Source of the DNA: Vallitaleaceae bacterium
Lineage (GTDB): Bacteria; Bacillota; Clostridia; Lachnospirales; Vallitaleaceae
DNA: 31,630 nt
Reading direction: 5' to 3'
Assembly: GCA_027858555.1 (NCBI GenBank)
Contig: JAQICP010000107.1
Span: 1 to 31,630 of the forward strand
This document shows positions 1-9,447 of the stretch, in pieces; the stretch's first letter is position 1; each line of letters opens with the position of its first letter. The translations under genes and the position numbers were made by a program. A model generated the notes under the pieces. It was not told the origin of the DNA and did no database searches. It was given only the letters and a program-made list of their open reading frames with translations.

Positions 1-1
1 G

Positions 2-358
2 TTAGAAGATTTTAATGAATATCTTTCAATTGGACTCATCATAGTTGGTATGCTAGCTTTTGTTTTCATGGGCATCAATATAGTGGTTATGAAACTGTCT
101 AGCAGACCATTTTTATCAGAGAACTTTTTTAAATTATTTATTGCCTTATTGATACCAAGTATTATAGTTACCACTCTAAACACAGCAGTACTCATACTAT
201 TTATCGACATGCTGCGGGATAAGGTTTTTTTGTTGTTTTTAATTCCGCGACTAGGTGCTCAAGTGATTGAAACATTTTACGAAACTTATATACTCGGTAT
301 TGTTTTATCCATAGTAGGTCCAATTGTAGCTAGAAGAAATGCTAATAACCAAAATTAA
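2..358 (+). CDS. 3' part of a membrane protein, probably a folate-family ECF transporter S component (5'-truncated by the window)
   Basis: The frame is open from position 2 (LEDFNEYLSIGLIIVG) into the 50..358 ORF. It has several hydrophobic helices and a C-terminal 'LNT...LIPRL..QVIET...Y' pattern resembling FolT-type S components. Confidence 0.5.
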   Translation, partial: LEDFNEYLSIGLIIVGMLAFVFMGINIVVMKLSSRPFLSENFFKLFIALLIPSIIVTTLNTAVLILFIDMLRDKVFLLFLIPRLGAQVIETFYETYILGIVLSIVGPIVARRNANNQN

Positions 359-374
359 GGTAGATTGCATGGTA

Positions 375-409
375 GGGGCGGCTCTGGACATATAGAACGC
401 TCCTTTTTT
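375..409 (+). terminator. Probable intrinsic terminator
   Basis: GGGGCG...CGCTCC stem followed by TTTTTT, 16 nt after the stop at 358. Confidence 0.6.
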
Positions 410-505
410 GATGGAGCAGAATGGTTTTGATGAAATGATTAAGAAAGCTAGAAGAAGAATTTTATAATTATGTTTTATATACTATAGAATTGATATGTTT
501 TGCTG

Positions 506-533
506 TTGAATTTGATGGCTCATGTGATATAAT
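506..533 (+). promoter_or_regulatory. Putative sigma-A promoter for the receiver-trxB unit
   Basis: TTGAAT-16 nt-TATAAT with an extended -10 (TGaTATAAT), upstream of GGAGG and ATG 560. Confidence 0.55.
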
Positions 534-559
534 AAACTCTATAACATGGAGGACTGCAT

Positions 560-949
560 ATGGTAGACGATAAAAAAATTCGCATCTTAGTTATTGATGA
601 TGAAGCAATTATTCGAGATTTACTTAAAGATATATTGGAAATGTTGAATTATGAGGTATTGATTACCGGTTCACCAAAAGAAGCTATCCAAATATTTGCG
701 AGCGAACATAAAAGCATTCATTTGGTTATACTGGATATGATTATGCCAGAGATGAATGGCAGGCAATTATTTAGAGAATTAAAATGTATTAAGCCATCGG
801 TCAAAGGTATTCTTCTATCGGGTTATAGTTTAGAAGGTGAAGTTGAAAAGTCGTTAAGCGAAGGCATTATTGACTTTCTTCAGAAACCAGTTTCAATCAA
901 AGAATTATCAAGTGTTTTACAAAGAATTACTAACTTGGACCCAATGTAG
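560..949 (+). CDS. Single-domain response regulator (receiver only)
   Basis: 129 aa with ILVIDDE, the phosphoacceptor motif VILDMIMPEMNG, LLSGY and FLQKP; there is no output domain. Confidence 0.9.
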   Translation: MVDDKKIRILVIDDEAIIRDLLKDILEMLNYEVLITGSPKEAIQIFASEHKSIHLVILDMIMPEMNGRQLFRELKCIKPSVKGILLSGYSLEGEVEKSLSEGIIDFLQKPVSIKELSSVLQRITNLDPM

Positions 950-958
950 GAGGAAGAT

Positions 959-1867
959 ATGAACGAAATTTTAGATTTAGTCATTATAGGTGCAGGACCA
1001 GCTGGCATGACTGCAGCGTTATATGCGAGTCGGGCTATGCTCAATTTTGCAATCATAGAGAAGGGCTTTCCTGGCGGACAAGTCATCAATACATACGAAG
1101 TTGATAATTACCTTGGTATTAAGATGACCACAGGCATGGAACTTACTAATATGTTTTTAGAGCATATCAATGAATTAGGTGTTGAAGTTAAGACAGAAGA
1201 CGTGGAAGAAATAACAATTGATGGTGATATTAAAACCATTAAAACATATAGTGGTACATATCAAGCAAAGACGGTGATTCTTGCGACTGGCGCATCATGG
1301 CGTAAACTCGGTGTAGAAGGCGAAGCAAGACTGGCAGGAAGAGGCGTTTCATATTGCGCGACCTGTGATGGTGCATTTTATAAAGGTAAGGATGTGATGG
1401 TAGTTGGCGGTGGCGATGTAGCTGTCGAGGATGCCATATATCTTTCTCGGATGTGCAAAAAAGTTACGATTATCCATCGTCGAGATGAATTCAGGGCGGT
1501 TAAAGTACTGCAAGAAAAACTATTCAAAGTTGAGAATATAGAAGTGCTTTGGTTTACTGAATTAGAAGAAATACTGGGCGACGAGGTCATAACAGGTGCA
1601 AGGGTTATTAATAACCAGACAAAAGAAGTGAAGACAATTGAAGTTGATGGCGTATTTGTAGCTGTTGGCAACATACCTAACACTGGGTTATTAGCAGGAA
1701 AAGTTGATACTGATAGCAGCGGGTGGATTATCGCAGATGAGAATTGTGAGACCAGTGTACCAGGCATCTTTGCTGCAGGGGATCTGAGAGTAAAATCTTT
1801 ACGACAGATCGTAACAGCTTCGGCGGATGGCGCAATTAGCGTATTTGCCGCAGAAAAGTACGTTTAA
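959..1867 (+). CDS. trxB: Thioredoxin-disulfide reductase
   Basis: FAD motif GAGPAG, redox motif SYCATCDG, NADPH motif GGGDVA..HRRD and C-terminal GIFAAGD...QIVTA; 302 aa; AGGAGG RBS. Confidence 0.97.
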   Translation: MNEILDLVIIGAGPAGMTAALYASRAMLNFAIIEKGFPGGQVINTYEVDNYLGIKMTTGMELTNMFLEHINELGVEVKTEDVEEITIDGDIKTIKTYSGTYQAKTVILATGASWRKLGVEGEARLAGRGVSYCATCDGAFYKGKDVMVVGGGDVAVEDAIYLSRMCKKVTIIHRRDEFRAVKVLQEKLFKVENIEVLWFTELEEILGDEVITGARVINNQTKEVKTIEVDGVFVAVGNIPNTGLLAGKVDTDSSGWIIADENCETSVPGIFAAGDLRVKSLRQIVTASADGAISVFAAEKYV

Positions 1868-1893
1868 TAAGTCAATACAAAATTATTAGTGAG

Positions 1894-1914
1894 AACCCGC
1901 ACTTAGTGTGGGTT
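1894..1914 (+). terminator. Stem-loop after trxB (possible weak terminator)
   Basis: AACCCGCAC-tta-GTGTGGGTT; the following T-tract is poor. Confidence 0.4.
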
Positions 1915-1933
1915 TAGCTTTGGAGATGAAGTA

Positions 1934-2299
1934 ATGAGAAAAGCAGATATCGGTATCATCATACTGGTGGTCATCATAGGCATTGCAGGTTGGAGTTATA
2001 CCTTGACACAGACCTTTCAATCTGGCGGGACAGCCCATATCTATGTGGATGGTGACCTGTATACAAGTGTCAATCTAGATGAGAATCAGACAGTAGAAGT
2101 AATTACTGAAGCAGGTTCTAATACACTAGAGGTCAAAGATGGTTATATTGATATGATTTCAGCCACCTGTAGAGACCAACTTTGTGTGCATATGAAACAT
2201 ATTAATAAGCAAGGTGAGAGTATTGTATGTCTGCCCTTCAGAGTTCATGTTGAAATAGAAGCTGACCAGGAGGTAGAAGTCGATGCCATATCAAACTGA
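1934..2299 (+). CDS. NusG domain II-containing membrane-anchored protein
   Basis: N-terminal TM helix and the family motif C.DQLCV...I...GESIVCLP.R; lies upstream of a Gx-transporter gene, the usual pairing. Confidence 0.85.
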   Translation: MRKADIGIIILVVIIGIAGWSYTLTQTFQSGGTAHIYVDGDLYTSVNLDENQTVEVITEAGSNTLEVKDGYIDMISATCRDQLCVHMKHINKQGESIVCLPFRVHVEIEADQEVEVDAISN

Positions 2300-2837
2300 T
2301 GCCCAAAATTTTGGCAAACCTTATTCACCTAAAAAGTTAGTACTAATGGCTCTTTTTGTTGCGGTAGCTTTAGTGCTTAGTTATATTGAACGATTGATAC
2401 CACTTAACTTTGCCATTCCAGGCGTTAAGTTAGGCTTAGCTAATGTTGTCACATGTATAGCGCTATATACTTTCCGACCAAAGGATACTTTACTGATTGT
2501 ACTGGTAAGAATTTTTTTGGTTGGTATATTTATTGGCAGTGCAACTAGCTTCTTATACAGTTTTGCAGGGGGCACGCTGAGTTTTATTGGTATGCTAATC
2601 ACGCTTAGATTATTGAAAAAATATGTTTCTGCTATTGGCGTAAGTGTCGTTGGTGCTTTTTTGCATAATCTTGGCCAAGTAATTGTTTTAGGAATTATTA
2701 CGAGTAGCCTATCAGTTGCACTCACATACTTTCCGATATTAATACTAACGGGTGTCATAACAGGTGTTGTAGTAGGATCTAGTGCCTTATTAGTATTTAG
2801 GTATATGAAACATTTTAAATTAATACAAACAAGATAA
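2283..2837 (+). CDS. Gx transporter family (heptaprenyl diphosphate synthase component I-like) membrane protein
   Basis: Motifs LSYIERLIP...PGVKLGLANV and SVVGAFLHNLGQ; multi-TM; overlaps the upstream gene. Confidence 0.88.
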   Translation: MPYQTDAQNFGKPYSPKKLVLMALFVAVALVLSYIERLIPLNFAIPGVKLGLANVVTCIALYTFRPKDTLLIVLVRIFLVGIFIGSATSFLYSFAGGTLSFIGMLITLRLLKKYVSAIGVSVVGAFLHNLGQVIVLGIITSSLSVALTYFPILILTGVITGVVVGSSALLVFRYMKHFKLIQTR

Positions 2838-2920
2838 CACAAATAAGATAATAGATTGGCTAACTGTCTATGACTGTTATCCAATAGACCGATAGATAAA
2901 ACTAACTTAGGAGATCTGAT

Positions 2921-5248
2921 ATGAAAAAATGGCGATTAATTTCTTTGATTATAACATTTAGTTTATTACTTCAAATAACTGCTTTTGCTGGGGATTATAG
3001 GGGTGATTTCTATATTGAATATGGTGGCAGGACTTACCAGTACACCAGTAAAACCGTATCGATTGTAATCAATGGGCATTCAGTTGAAACTGGCGACATG
3101 CCAGCCATCATTATTGATAGCAGAACTTTAGTTCCGGCTCGCGAAGTGTTTGAATCTGAAGCACTGGCGGCTACGGTCACTTGGAATGGTGATACACAAG
3201 AAGTATCTATCATCTATAAAGATAAGTTTATTGTACTAAAGATTGGCTCTAATGTTGCTTATGTCAATAACCAAGCGATTGATTTAGATGTACCTGCCAT
3301 GCTGATTAAGGAAGTTGGACAAGCCTACTCTAAAACCATGATACCACTCCGATTTGTGACAGAAAGCTTCGGTTATGATGTGGAGTGGGATGGTGATACA
3401 TGGACGGCTTATGCTAGTGATGGTACGTCGGTTATTGATGGCAGTACTGACATGGATACAGAAGGAGAAAAACTGGATTCCATCAGTGGTGCCAAAGCTG
3501 AAACAGGATTACCTACAGCGCTTTTTAGCAGCCCAATTAATATAAAACCTGAGGTGATAACGAATCCTATAGAGATTGAACCAGTTGGTTTGGTTATGAC
3601 AGATCAAGATCTTGAAACCGCATTGTTTACGGACATTGCGTATCACGGCACCAATTCTGGTGGTTATTTTGAACTTACAGCTGATGGGCCTATCTCATCT
3701 ATAACTAAGAGTTATTGGGATAATAAGTTGATTATCAAGATTGCCAATGCCTCTTTTGGTTATAATTCTACGGGAGGCACCTATACTAAGGCCTTTACTA
3801 ACAATCCATATGTCGCACAGATTCGTTCGAGTCAACAGGAAAATGATGACTATGGACGGAAAATTCTATCGGTTATATTTGATTTGAAAGATGCTGAAAA
3901 TAACTATCAAGTACGTATAAGTTCTGACAGAAACAGCCTGTATATCGGTAAAACTGGACAGATGGAACAAGTAGAGATTGATAATGCGTTGAGTGGTGTC
4001 AAATTGCATCAAAATGATATTGGTGATTACATCGATATATCTTATGGGAGTGAAACTGAGGTTAATGTCTTTAGATTATCTGGACCTGATAGAATCGTAT
4101 TTGATTTAAAAGATACAATTACGACTTTAGGTACAAGGGGATACTCAGGTATAGAAGGCCAATATGTGACAGCAATTAGAACGGCACAATTTGGTATTGA
4201 TGACCCAGGAAATGATGAACAAAATGAAAATATTGCAAGAATCGTGGTTGAAACGAACGGCCAGGCTGATTATGAATTGATAGAATTAGATGAATACACT
4301 TTGCGTATTCAACTAAAGGAACCAGGTTATGAGAACATATCCTATGAGAACCTAGATGGGCCTACCATTGTATTAGAAGACATCAGTAATGTTCTTGAAG
4401 TAGGGGGCATTACCTATGAAGATAATTATCGAGACCATGAGTATATTATTACGATTCCTGGCAGTTACAACGATAATTTTGGCGAAGGCATACTTAATAT
4501 CAATGACGGCCTAATTGAGTCTGTAGACATCTATGAGGATGAGCTTGGCAATACTAAGATTAAGATTATAGAAAAAGAAATATATGTGTTCACTTTAGAT
4601 ATGGTTGGAGATGATATTACCATTAAGGCTTATAAACCTAGTGAAGTCTATTCAAAAGTCATTGTAGTTGATACCGGTCATGGTGGAAAAGATCCAGGTG
4701 CCGGAGTAGGTAGCTGGGAAGAGAAAGTTCTGAATCTGCAGATGACCATGCATCTTAAAAATTTGCTTGATCAAGATGGCCAGATTAAAGTCTACTATAC
4801 AAGACTTGATGATACATACCTAACATTGCAAGATAGGTGTGACATTGCCAATCAGGTAGAAGCAGATTTCTTTATAAGCATTCACAATAATTCATTCGTT
4901 ACATCAAGTAATGGTACGGAGACATTGTTTTTTCAAGATGATCCAAAGCCTGCACTTAATGGCTATGAATTAGCAGATATAATCCATAATAAAGTAATTG
5001 ACCAGACAGCTCAATTTAATCGAGGTACTAAAAAGAATAATACATTATATGTGTTAAGACATACTGAGATGCCAGCAGTTTTAGTTGAATGTGGTTTTAT
5101 GACTAATACGGCTGATTTAGCCAGATTGATAGACCCAGCCTTCCAGTTGAAATTTGCAGAAGCGGTCTATAATGGGATATTAGAGACTTATCAGCTATAT
5201 CCGACGGATAGAACGCCAGTGATTGATTTTCCAATTGTGGCTGAGTAG
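2921..5248 (+). CDS. N-acetylmuramoyl-L-alanine amidase (signal peptide, copper-amine-oxidase-like N-terminal domain, AMIN-like domains, Amidase_3)
   Basis: Signal peptide; TLVPAREVFE and TMIPLRFVTE N-domain motifs; RIVFDL AMIN-like motifs; catalytic motifs VVDTGHGGKDPGA, EKVLNL, ISIHNN and LVECGFMTN. Confidence 0.93.
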   Translation: MKKWRLISLIITFSLLLQITAFAGDYRGDFYIEYGGRTYQYTSKTVSIVINGHSVETGDMPAIIIDSRTLVPAREVFESEALAATVTWNGDTQEVSIIYKDKFIVLKIGSNVAYVNNQAIDLDVPAMLIKEVGQAYSKTMIPLRFVTESFGYDVEWDGDTWTAYASDGTSVIDGSTDMDTEGEKLDSISGAKAETGLPTALFSSPINIKPEVITNPIEIEPVGLVMTDQDLETALFTDIAYHGTNSGGYFELTADGPISSITKSYWDNKLIIKIANASFGYNSTGGTYTKAFTNNPYVAQIRSSQQENDDYGRKILSVIFDLKDAENNYQVRISSDRNSLYIGKTGQMEQVEIDNALSGVKLHQNDIGDYIDISYGSETEVNVFRLSGPDRIVFDLKDTITTLGTRGYSGIEGQYVTAIRTAQFGIDDPGNDEQNENIARIVVETNGQADYELIELDEYTLRIQLKEPGYENISYENLDGPTIVLEDISNVLEVGGITYEDNYRDHEYIITIPGSYNDNFGEGILNINDGLIESVDIYEDELGNTKIKIIEKEIYVFTLDMVGDDITIKAYKPSEVYSKVIVVDTGHGGKDPGAGVGSWEEKVLNLQMTMHLKNLLDQDGQIKVYYTRLDDTYLTLQDRCDIANQVEADFFISIHNNSFVTSSNGTETLFFQDDPKPALNGYELADIIHNKVIDQTAQFNRGTKKNNTLYVLRHTEMPAVLVECGFMTNTADLARLIDPAFQLKFAEAVYNGILETYQLYPTDRTPVIDFPIVAE

Positions 5249-5259
5249 AATCCTATAAG

Positions 5260-5300
5260 AAAAAAACGGTGGCTGTCGGCCAACAGCTAGTAGCCACCGT
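5260..5300 (-). terminator. Intrinsic terminator overlapping the SDR stop codon, between convergent genes
   Basis: On the - strand, ACGGTGGCT...AGCCACCGT (9-bp stem) is followed by T7; the 5' arm lies in the last codons of the SDR gene. Confidence 0.7.
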
Positions 5301-6009
5301 CGTAATGTATGATTTCTCCATTAAGATAGGCTGCCTGTGTGGCTATATGATAAACCATATCAGCTACTTCTTCACTTGTGCCTAATCGACACAAAGCGAT
5401 TTGGTCAGTGAAAGCTTCTAATTCTTCTGATGAAAATCGTTTGTTCATACTGGTACCAATAGCACCACATGCAACAGCATTAACACGTATGCCGCTAGGA
5501 CCAACCTCTCGGGCAAGGGCTTTAGTGAAACCATTAACACCTGCTTTAGATGTGCTGTAAGCCACTTCCATGGAAGCGCCATAGGTGCCCCATATAGAGC
5601 TTATATTCACAATGGAACCAGTGTGTTTTTTGATCATTTGTGGTAAAATAGCTCTTGATGTATAAAAAACTGAATTTAGATTGGTATTAATTAAGTGAGC
5701 CCACTCCGTGTTGGTGGTCTCAGTGATCAGTTTATACAGATTAATACCCGCATTATTGATTAAAATATCAATACTTGGAAAAATCAAAAAAGCCTCTTCA
5801 AACATATGGTTTACTTCATATGGTTTTGAGATGTCAGCAATAATTGGCAGGCACTTTACGCCCATTTTTTTGATGATGCTCTCAACTGCCAGTAAATCCT
5901 GTATTGATTTTGAGCAGGTAATAATGGTATTATAACCTTCAGTAGCGAATTTTAAGGCGATTGCTTTGCCGATGCCTCTAGAGGCGCCGGTAATTAATAC
6001 TGTTTTCAT
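5287..6009 (-). CDS. ymfI: SDR oxidoreductase of the FabG-like/YmfI (EF-P 5-aminopentanone reductase) type
   Basis: TGASRGIG, NNAG and YSTSK motifs; IVNISSIWG..GASMEVAYS is typical of the YmfI-like subgroup. The SDR call is firm; the ymfI subfamily call is less so. Confidence 0.7.
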   Translation of the reverse strand: MKTVLITGASRGIGKAIALKFATEGYNTIITCSKSIQDLLAVESIIKKMGVKCLPIIADISKPYEVNHMFEEAFLIFPSIDILINNAGINLYKLITETTNTEWAHLINTNLNSVFYTSRAILPQMIKKHTGSIVNISSIWGTYGASMEVAYSTSKAGVNGFTKALAREVGPSGIRVNAVACGAIGTSMNKRFSSEELEAFTDQIALCRLGTSEEVADMVYHIATQAAYLNGEIIHYDGGY

Positions 6010-6195
6010 ATTCGTCTCCTAGGGAACATTTATCTACTTAATACGTCCAAGAACAGTATATCATATGGTTATCTGTGGGTATATATTAAAATTTGTGACA
6101 AAATGTCATATCAGGTTAAGCGTTTTGTAAAGATTTAGTGATAACATGGCTTTGGAATATAGAAAAGGAACGTATAGGGCTATACGGAGGTTATA

Positions 6196-7203
6196 ATGAA
6201 TAAAGAGTTGAAAACAATCTACATACTTTTAGGTTTAACAGGTACCATTTTAGTATTATCTCTAATTGGTGGGGTTTTAAGCAGGAATCAGGCGCATGCA
6301 ATAGCTGAGACGGAACATCTGGATAATATCTCAATTGAGGATGAGGACATCATTGATAATGATCAGGATGTACAGGAGGACATAATACCAGATTCACTAA
6401 ACGCATTAGTAATAGGGTTTGATGAGTCTGGGGGGTTAACAGATGTTATGATGGTTGGTTCTCTTAATACAGAGACCAATGAGTTGAAAGTCATATCAGT
6501 ACCTAGAGATTTATACATCGACTTTAAAAAAGACAAGTATAAAGAGGTAAAGGCTAACAACCCCAACAGCCAAGTCATTGCATGTAAGTTGAATGAGGTT
6601 TATTCTTATTCCGGCTGGGATGATAGAGCGTTACTTGATGTTAAAGAATTGGTCTCTATTATAACTGGCCTAAAGATTGATTACATGGTAACCATTGATA
6701 TTGATGGTTTTGAGCAGGTAGTAGATGCCATTGGCGGGGTGGATTTTTATGTACCACAAAGGATGTACTATTATGACCCTGCTGCTGATGTTCTAATCGA
6801 TTTAGAGGAGGGACAACAGGTACTTGATGGCAAGCATGCCTTACAATTGGTAAGGTATAGAAAATATCCTGCTGCCGATTTGCGGAGGATAGAGGTACAG
6901 CAGGACTTTTTAGTTGAAGTGTACCATGAAATCATTTCGGATTTGAATTTGCAAGAATTACTAAGCTTAACCAAGATAGCCTATGATATAGTTGATACAG
7001 ACTTTGGCTTATTTGATATTCTAGATTATGCCGAGTATTTATTCAATCTGAAGACAGATGATATCCTGCAATCTGAAAATATGATTACAATTCCAAGCTA
7101 CGGTGAAAAAAAGGACGGTATCTGGTATCAGCATATTGATGAAGTAAGTAAAGAACTAATGCTAGAGGAATTATTCAAAAAAAGCGAAGAATTAGCAAAT
7201 TAG
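6196..7203 (+). CDS. LCP (LytR-CpsA-Psr) family protein
   Basis: N-terminal TM helix and motifs TDVMMV, ISVPRD, KLNE.YS, LVRYR and DLRRIEVQQ. Confidence 0.9.
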   Translation: MNKELKTIYILLGLTGTILVLSLIGGVLSRNQAHAIAETEHLDNISIEDEDIIDNDQDVQEDIIPDSLNALVIGFDESGGLTDVMMVGSLNTETNELKVISVPRDLYIDFKKDKYKEVKANNPNSQVIACKLNEVYSYSGWDDRALLDVKELVSIITGLKIDYMVTIDIDGFEQVVDAIGGVDFYVPQRMYYYDPAADVLIDLEEGQQVLDGKHALQLVRYRKYPAADLRRIEVQQDFLVEVYHEIISDLNLQELLSLTKIAYDIVDTDFGLFDILDYAEYLFNLKTDDILQSENMITIPSYGEKKDGIWYQHIDEVSKELMLEELFKKSEELAN

Positions 7204-7325
7204 ATATATAAATATATGAGAATATAGTGTATGATGATGGGGATAGTTTATTGTAAGTTACCCCATCATTTGCTATACTAAGGGCACATAAAAAATATAA
7301 TATGAGTATTGGAGGCTAACTGGTT

Positions 7326-8681
7326 TTGGATAAAAAGACATCAGTTAATAAAAATAAATTGCTAACTAAATTTTTACGTGTATTTATGATGGTATTTGCT
7401 ATCATGATTTTAATGATTGGTATTTTCACAACAGGATATCTACTGTTAAACAAGGCGCCTAAAACAGAGGCAGGTAATGATTTAACAGATGGGTCAGATC
7501 AGTCAGGTCTTATTACTGAAGATGGCATTTCTGGCGCTGCTAATGAGGAAGGTATAACGACAATTGCTATTTACGGCGTTGATAGAGATGGCTATCGTAC
7601 AGATGTTACCATGTTAGCATTCTTCAATAGAGAGTCCATGGCAATTGATATTATTTCAATACCAAGAGATACTTGGATAAAATTACCTGAAGATATATAT
7701 GCAACACTTAAAGATAGAAGAGAGGATACGAAAGAATATCTGAAGATTAATGAAATACCGGCCTTCGCGGAGCCATCTCTTAGATATGAGACTTCAGTAG
7801 CAGTTATTGAAGAGACTTTTGGCATTGATATTGATTACTACATAGCACTTGATTTAGATGGATTTGTCAAGATTGTCGATTTAGTAGGACCTATTATCAT
7901 GGATATTCCAAACGATATGAAATATACAGATCCAGTTCAAGATCTATACATCGACATATCCGCTGGTGATGATCAAGAGATCTGGGGTACTCAAGCAGAA
8001 GGTATTATTAGATATAGATCAGGTTATGCTAATGGGGACATTGGTAGAATTGATATGCAGCATCAATTTATGGTGGCATTTTTGGACAAGTTATTAAACC
8101 TTGAGAATAGGCTTAATATCGTCAATATTGCAACGACTGCCCTTATATATATCGATACAGATTTTTATGATGCTATTGACTATGTGAATTATATAGATGA
8201 TATTGATCCCAGTTTGATTACCATACAGACATTACCAGGGGAAGTGTCATCATCGAATACAGCACATTATTTATATGACTATGATGAAACAAAATTATTG
8301 CTTAATCAAATTATTAATTATGATGCGGATATTGAAGTCGTCGGTGATACAACAGGTATTGACGAGGTAGATGTGATTGAACCAGAGATATTAATAGATG
8401 CGAAAACATTAAACATTGTTGTACTAAATGGCACAAGGGTTAGTGGACTTGCAGGCAGAACAACTTCAGCATTAACAGAAGCAGGATATTTGATGGGACC
8501 TGCGGCAGATTTTTCAGACAAACCAGTCGAGAAGACAATTCTTCAAGTGCCTTCCCAATATGTAGGTAAGGAACTTGCTACATACTTTAATGATCCTATT
8601 ATTGAAGTGGATGCGGAACTACTAGATGCCGATGTCCAAGTGACCATAATACTCGGAGGTACAGATGGTGAAAGTTACTAA
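7326..8681 (+). CDS. LCP family protein with C-terminal LytR_C domain
   Basis: TTG start with GGAGG; TM helix; RTD, SIPRD, RYR and GDIGRI motifs; C-terminal VVLNGT..SGLA...IILG.D. Confidence 0.9.
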   Translation: MDKKTSVNKNKLLTKFLRVFMMVFAIMILMIGIFTTGYLLLNKAPKTEAGNDLTDGSDQSGLITEDGISGAANEEGITTIAIYGVDRDGYRTDVTMLAFFNRESMAIDIISIPRDTWIKLPEDIYATLKDRREDTKEYLKINEIPAFAEPSLRYETSVAVIEETFGIDIDYYIALDLDGFVKIVDLVGPIIMDIPNDMKYTDPVQDLYIDISAGDDQEIWGTQAEGIIRYRSGYANGDIGRIDMQHQFMVAFLDKLLNLENRLNIVNIATTALIYIDTDFYDAIDYVNYIDDIDPSLITIQTLPGEVSSSNTAHYLYDYDETKLLLNQIINYDADIEVVGDTTGIDEVDVIEPEILIDAKTLNIVVLNGTRVSGLAGRTTSALTEAGYLMGPAADFSDKPVEKTILQVPSQYVGKELATYFNDPIIEVDAELLDADVQVTIILGGTDGESY

Positions 8682-9204
8682 GAAGTTAGGCTTATTATTA
8701 GTCGGTATATTTATACTGGGAGTAGTAATAGGTGGTGCCTATAATTTTGGGCAGATAAAAGCTGCATCAACAACACCAGGGACTATTGATGATCCCCTTG
8801 TGTCTAAAAGTTATGTAGACAGTGTGGTTGCCTCTGTAGAAGGTCCTGACGTGGCTACTATAACAGCACAGGTGTTAGCGACGATAGATACGACGACTGT
8901 TACTGATTCTACACCACAAGTGTCAGAAGGTACAAGTTCCATTTTTGAAGTTGTTTTTGTCAGTGCAGGTCAAACAATAATTGGCAATGAAAGTACAGAA
9001 ATCATATTAAGATCAGGTGCTGCAAAAGCAATAGCCAATATGGATGGTAATGGTCTTTCTGATGTCACATCTGGTGTTGATATCGGTCAAGATGTTTCGG
9101 TTTCATTGAATCATCTGTTGATTGTCCCACGATCAGACGGAAGAGGCCTAAAAGTTTCTGCTGATGCTTATTTGATGGTTAAGGGTACTTATGTAATACA
9201 ATAA
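8665..9204 (+). CDS. Hypothetical exported or membrane-anchored protein
   Basis: GGAGG RBS, N-terminal hydrophobic helix, PGTIDDPLVSKSYVD motif and a beta-rich C-terminus; overlaps the end of the second LCP gene. Confidence 0.8.
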   Translation: MVKVTKKLGLLLVGIFILGVVIGGAYNFGQIKAASTTPGTIDDPLVSKSYVDSVVASVEGPDVATITAQVLATIDTTTVTDSTPQVSEGTSSIFEVVFVSAGQTIIGNESTEIILRSGAAKAIANMDGNGLSDVTSGVDIGQDVSVSLNHLLIVPRSDGRGLKVSADAYLMVKGTYVIQ

Positions 9205-9321
9205 TATGTGAAAATGACAAGAAGTTGTATCAACAGTCGATTATAGTATCCTTATGATAATTGATTAATGATGCGACTTTTTTTTGAATAAGAAAGCCGT
9301 TATGATAAATGAAAAAATCCA

Positions 9322-9363
9322 TATAAACCATGCCCTATGAACTAAGGCATATGAACCAAGGCA
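9322..9363 (+). repeat. Three tandem 14-bp imperfect direct repeats upstream of the TagA gene
   Basis: TATAAACCATGCCC / TATGAACTAAGGCA / TATGAACCAAGGCA. Confidence 0.65.
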
Positions 9364-9447
9364 TTCAATATGCTAATGGATAGAATATAAGTTTTATTTT
9401 ATGAATCATATCAGATCATACGAAAAAGATTATATAGGAGCAAAATT

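Noticed and set aside
2855-2885. Imperfect hairpin between the Gx transporter and amidase genes
   Set aside because: Several mismatches and no T-tract on the + strand; not supportable as a terminator.
6115-6128. Possible CcpA cre site (GTTAAGCGTTTTGT)
   Set aside because: It lacks the conserved TG start and the terminal C; the match is too weak.
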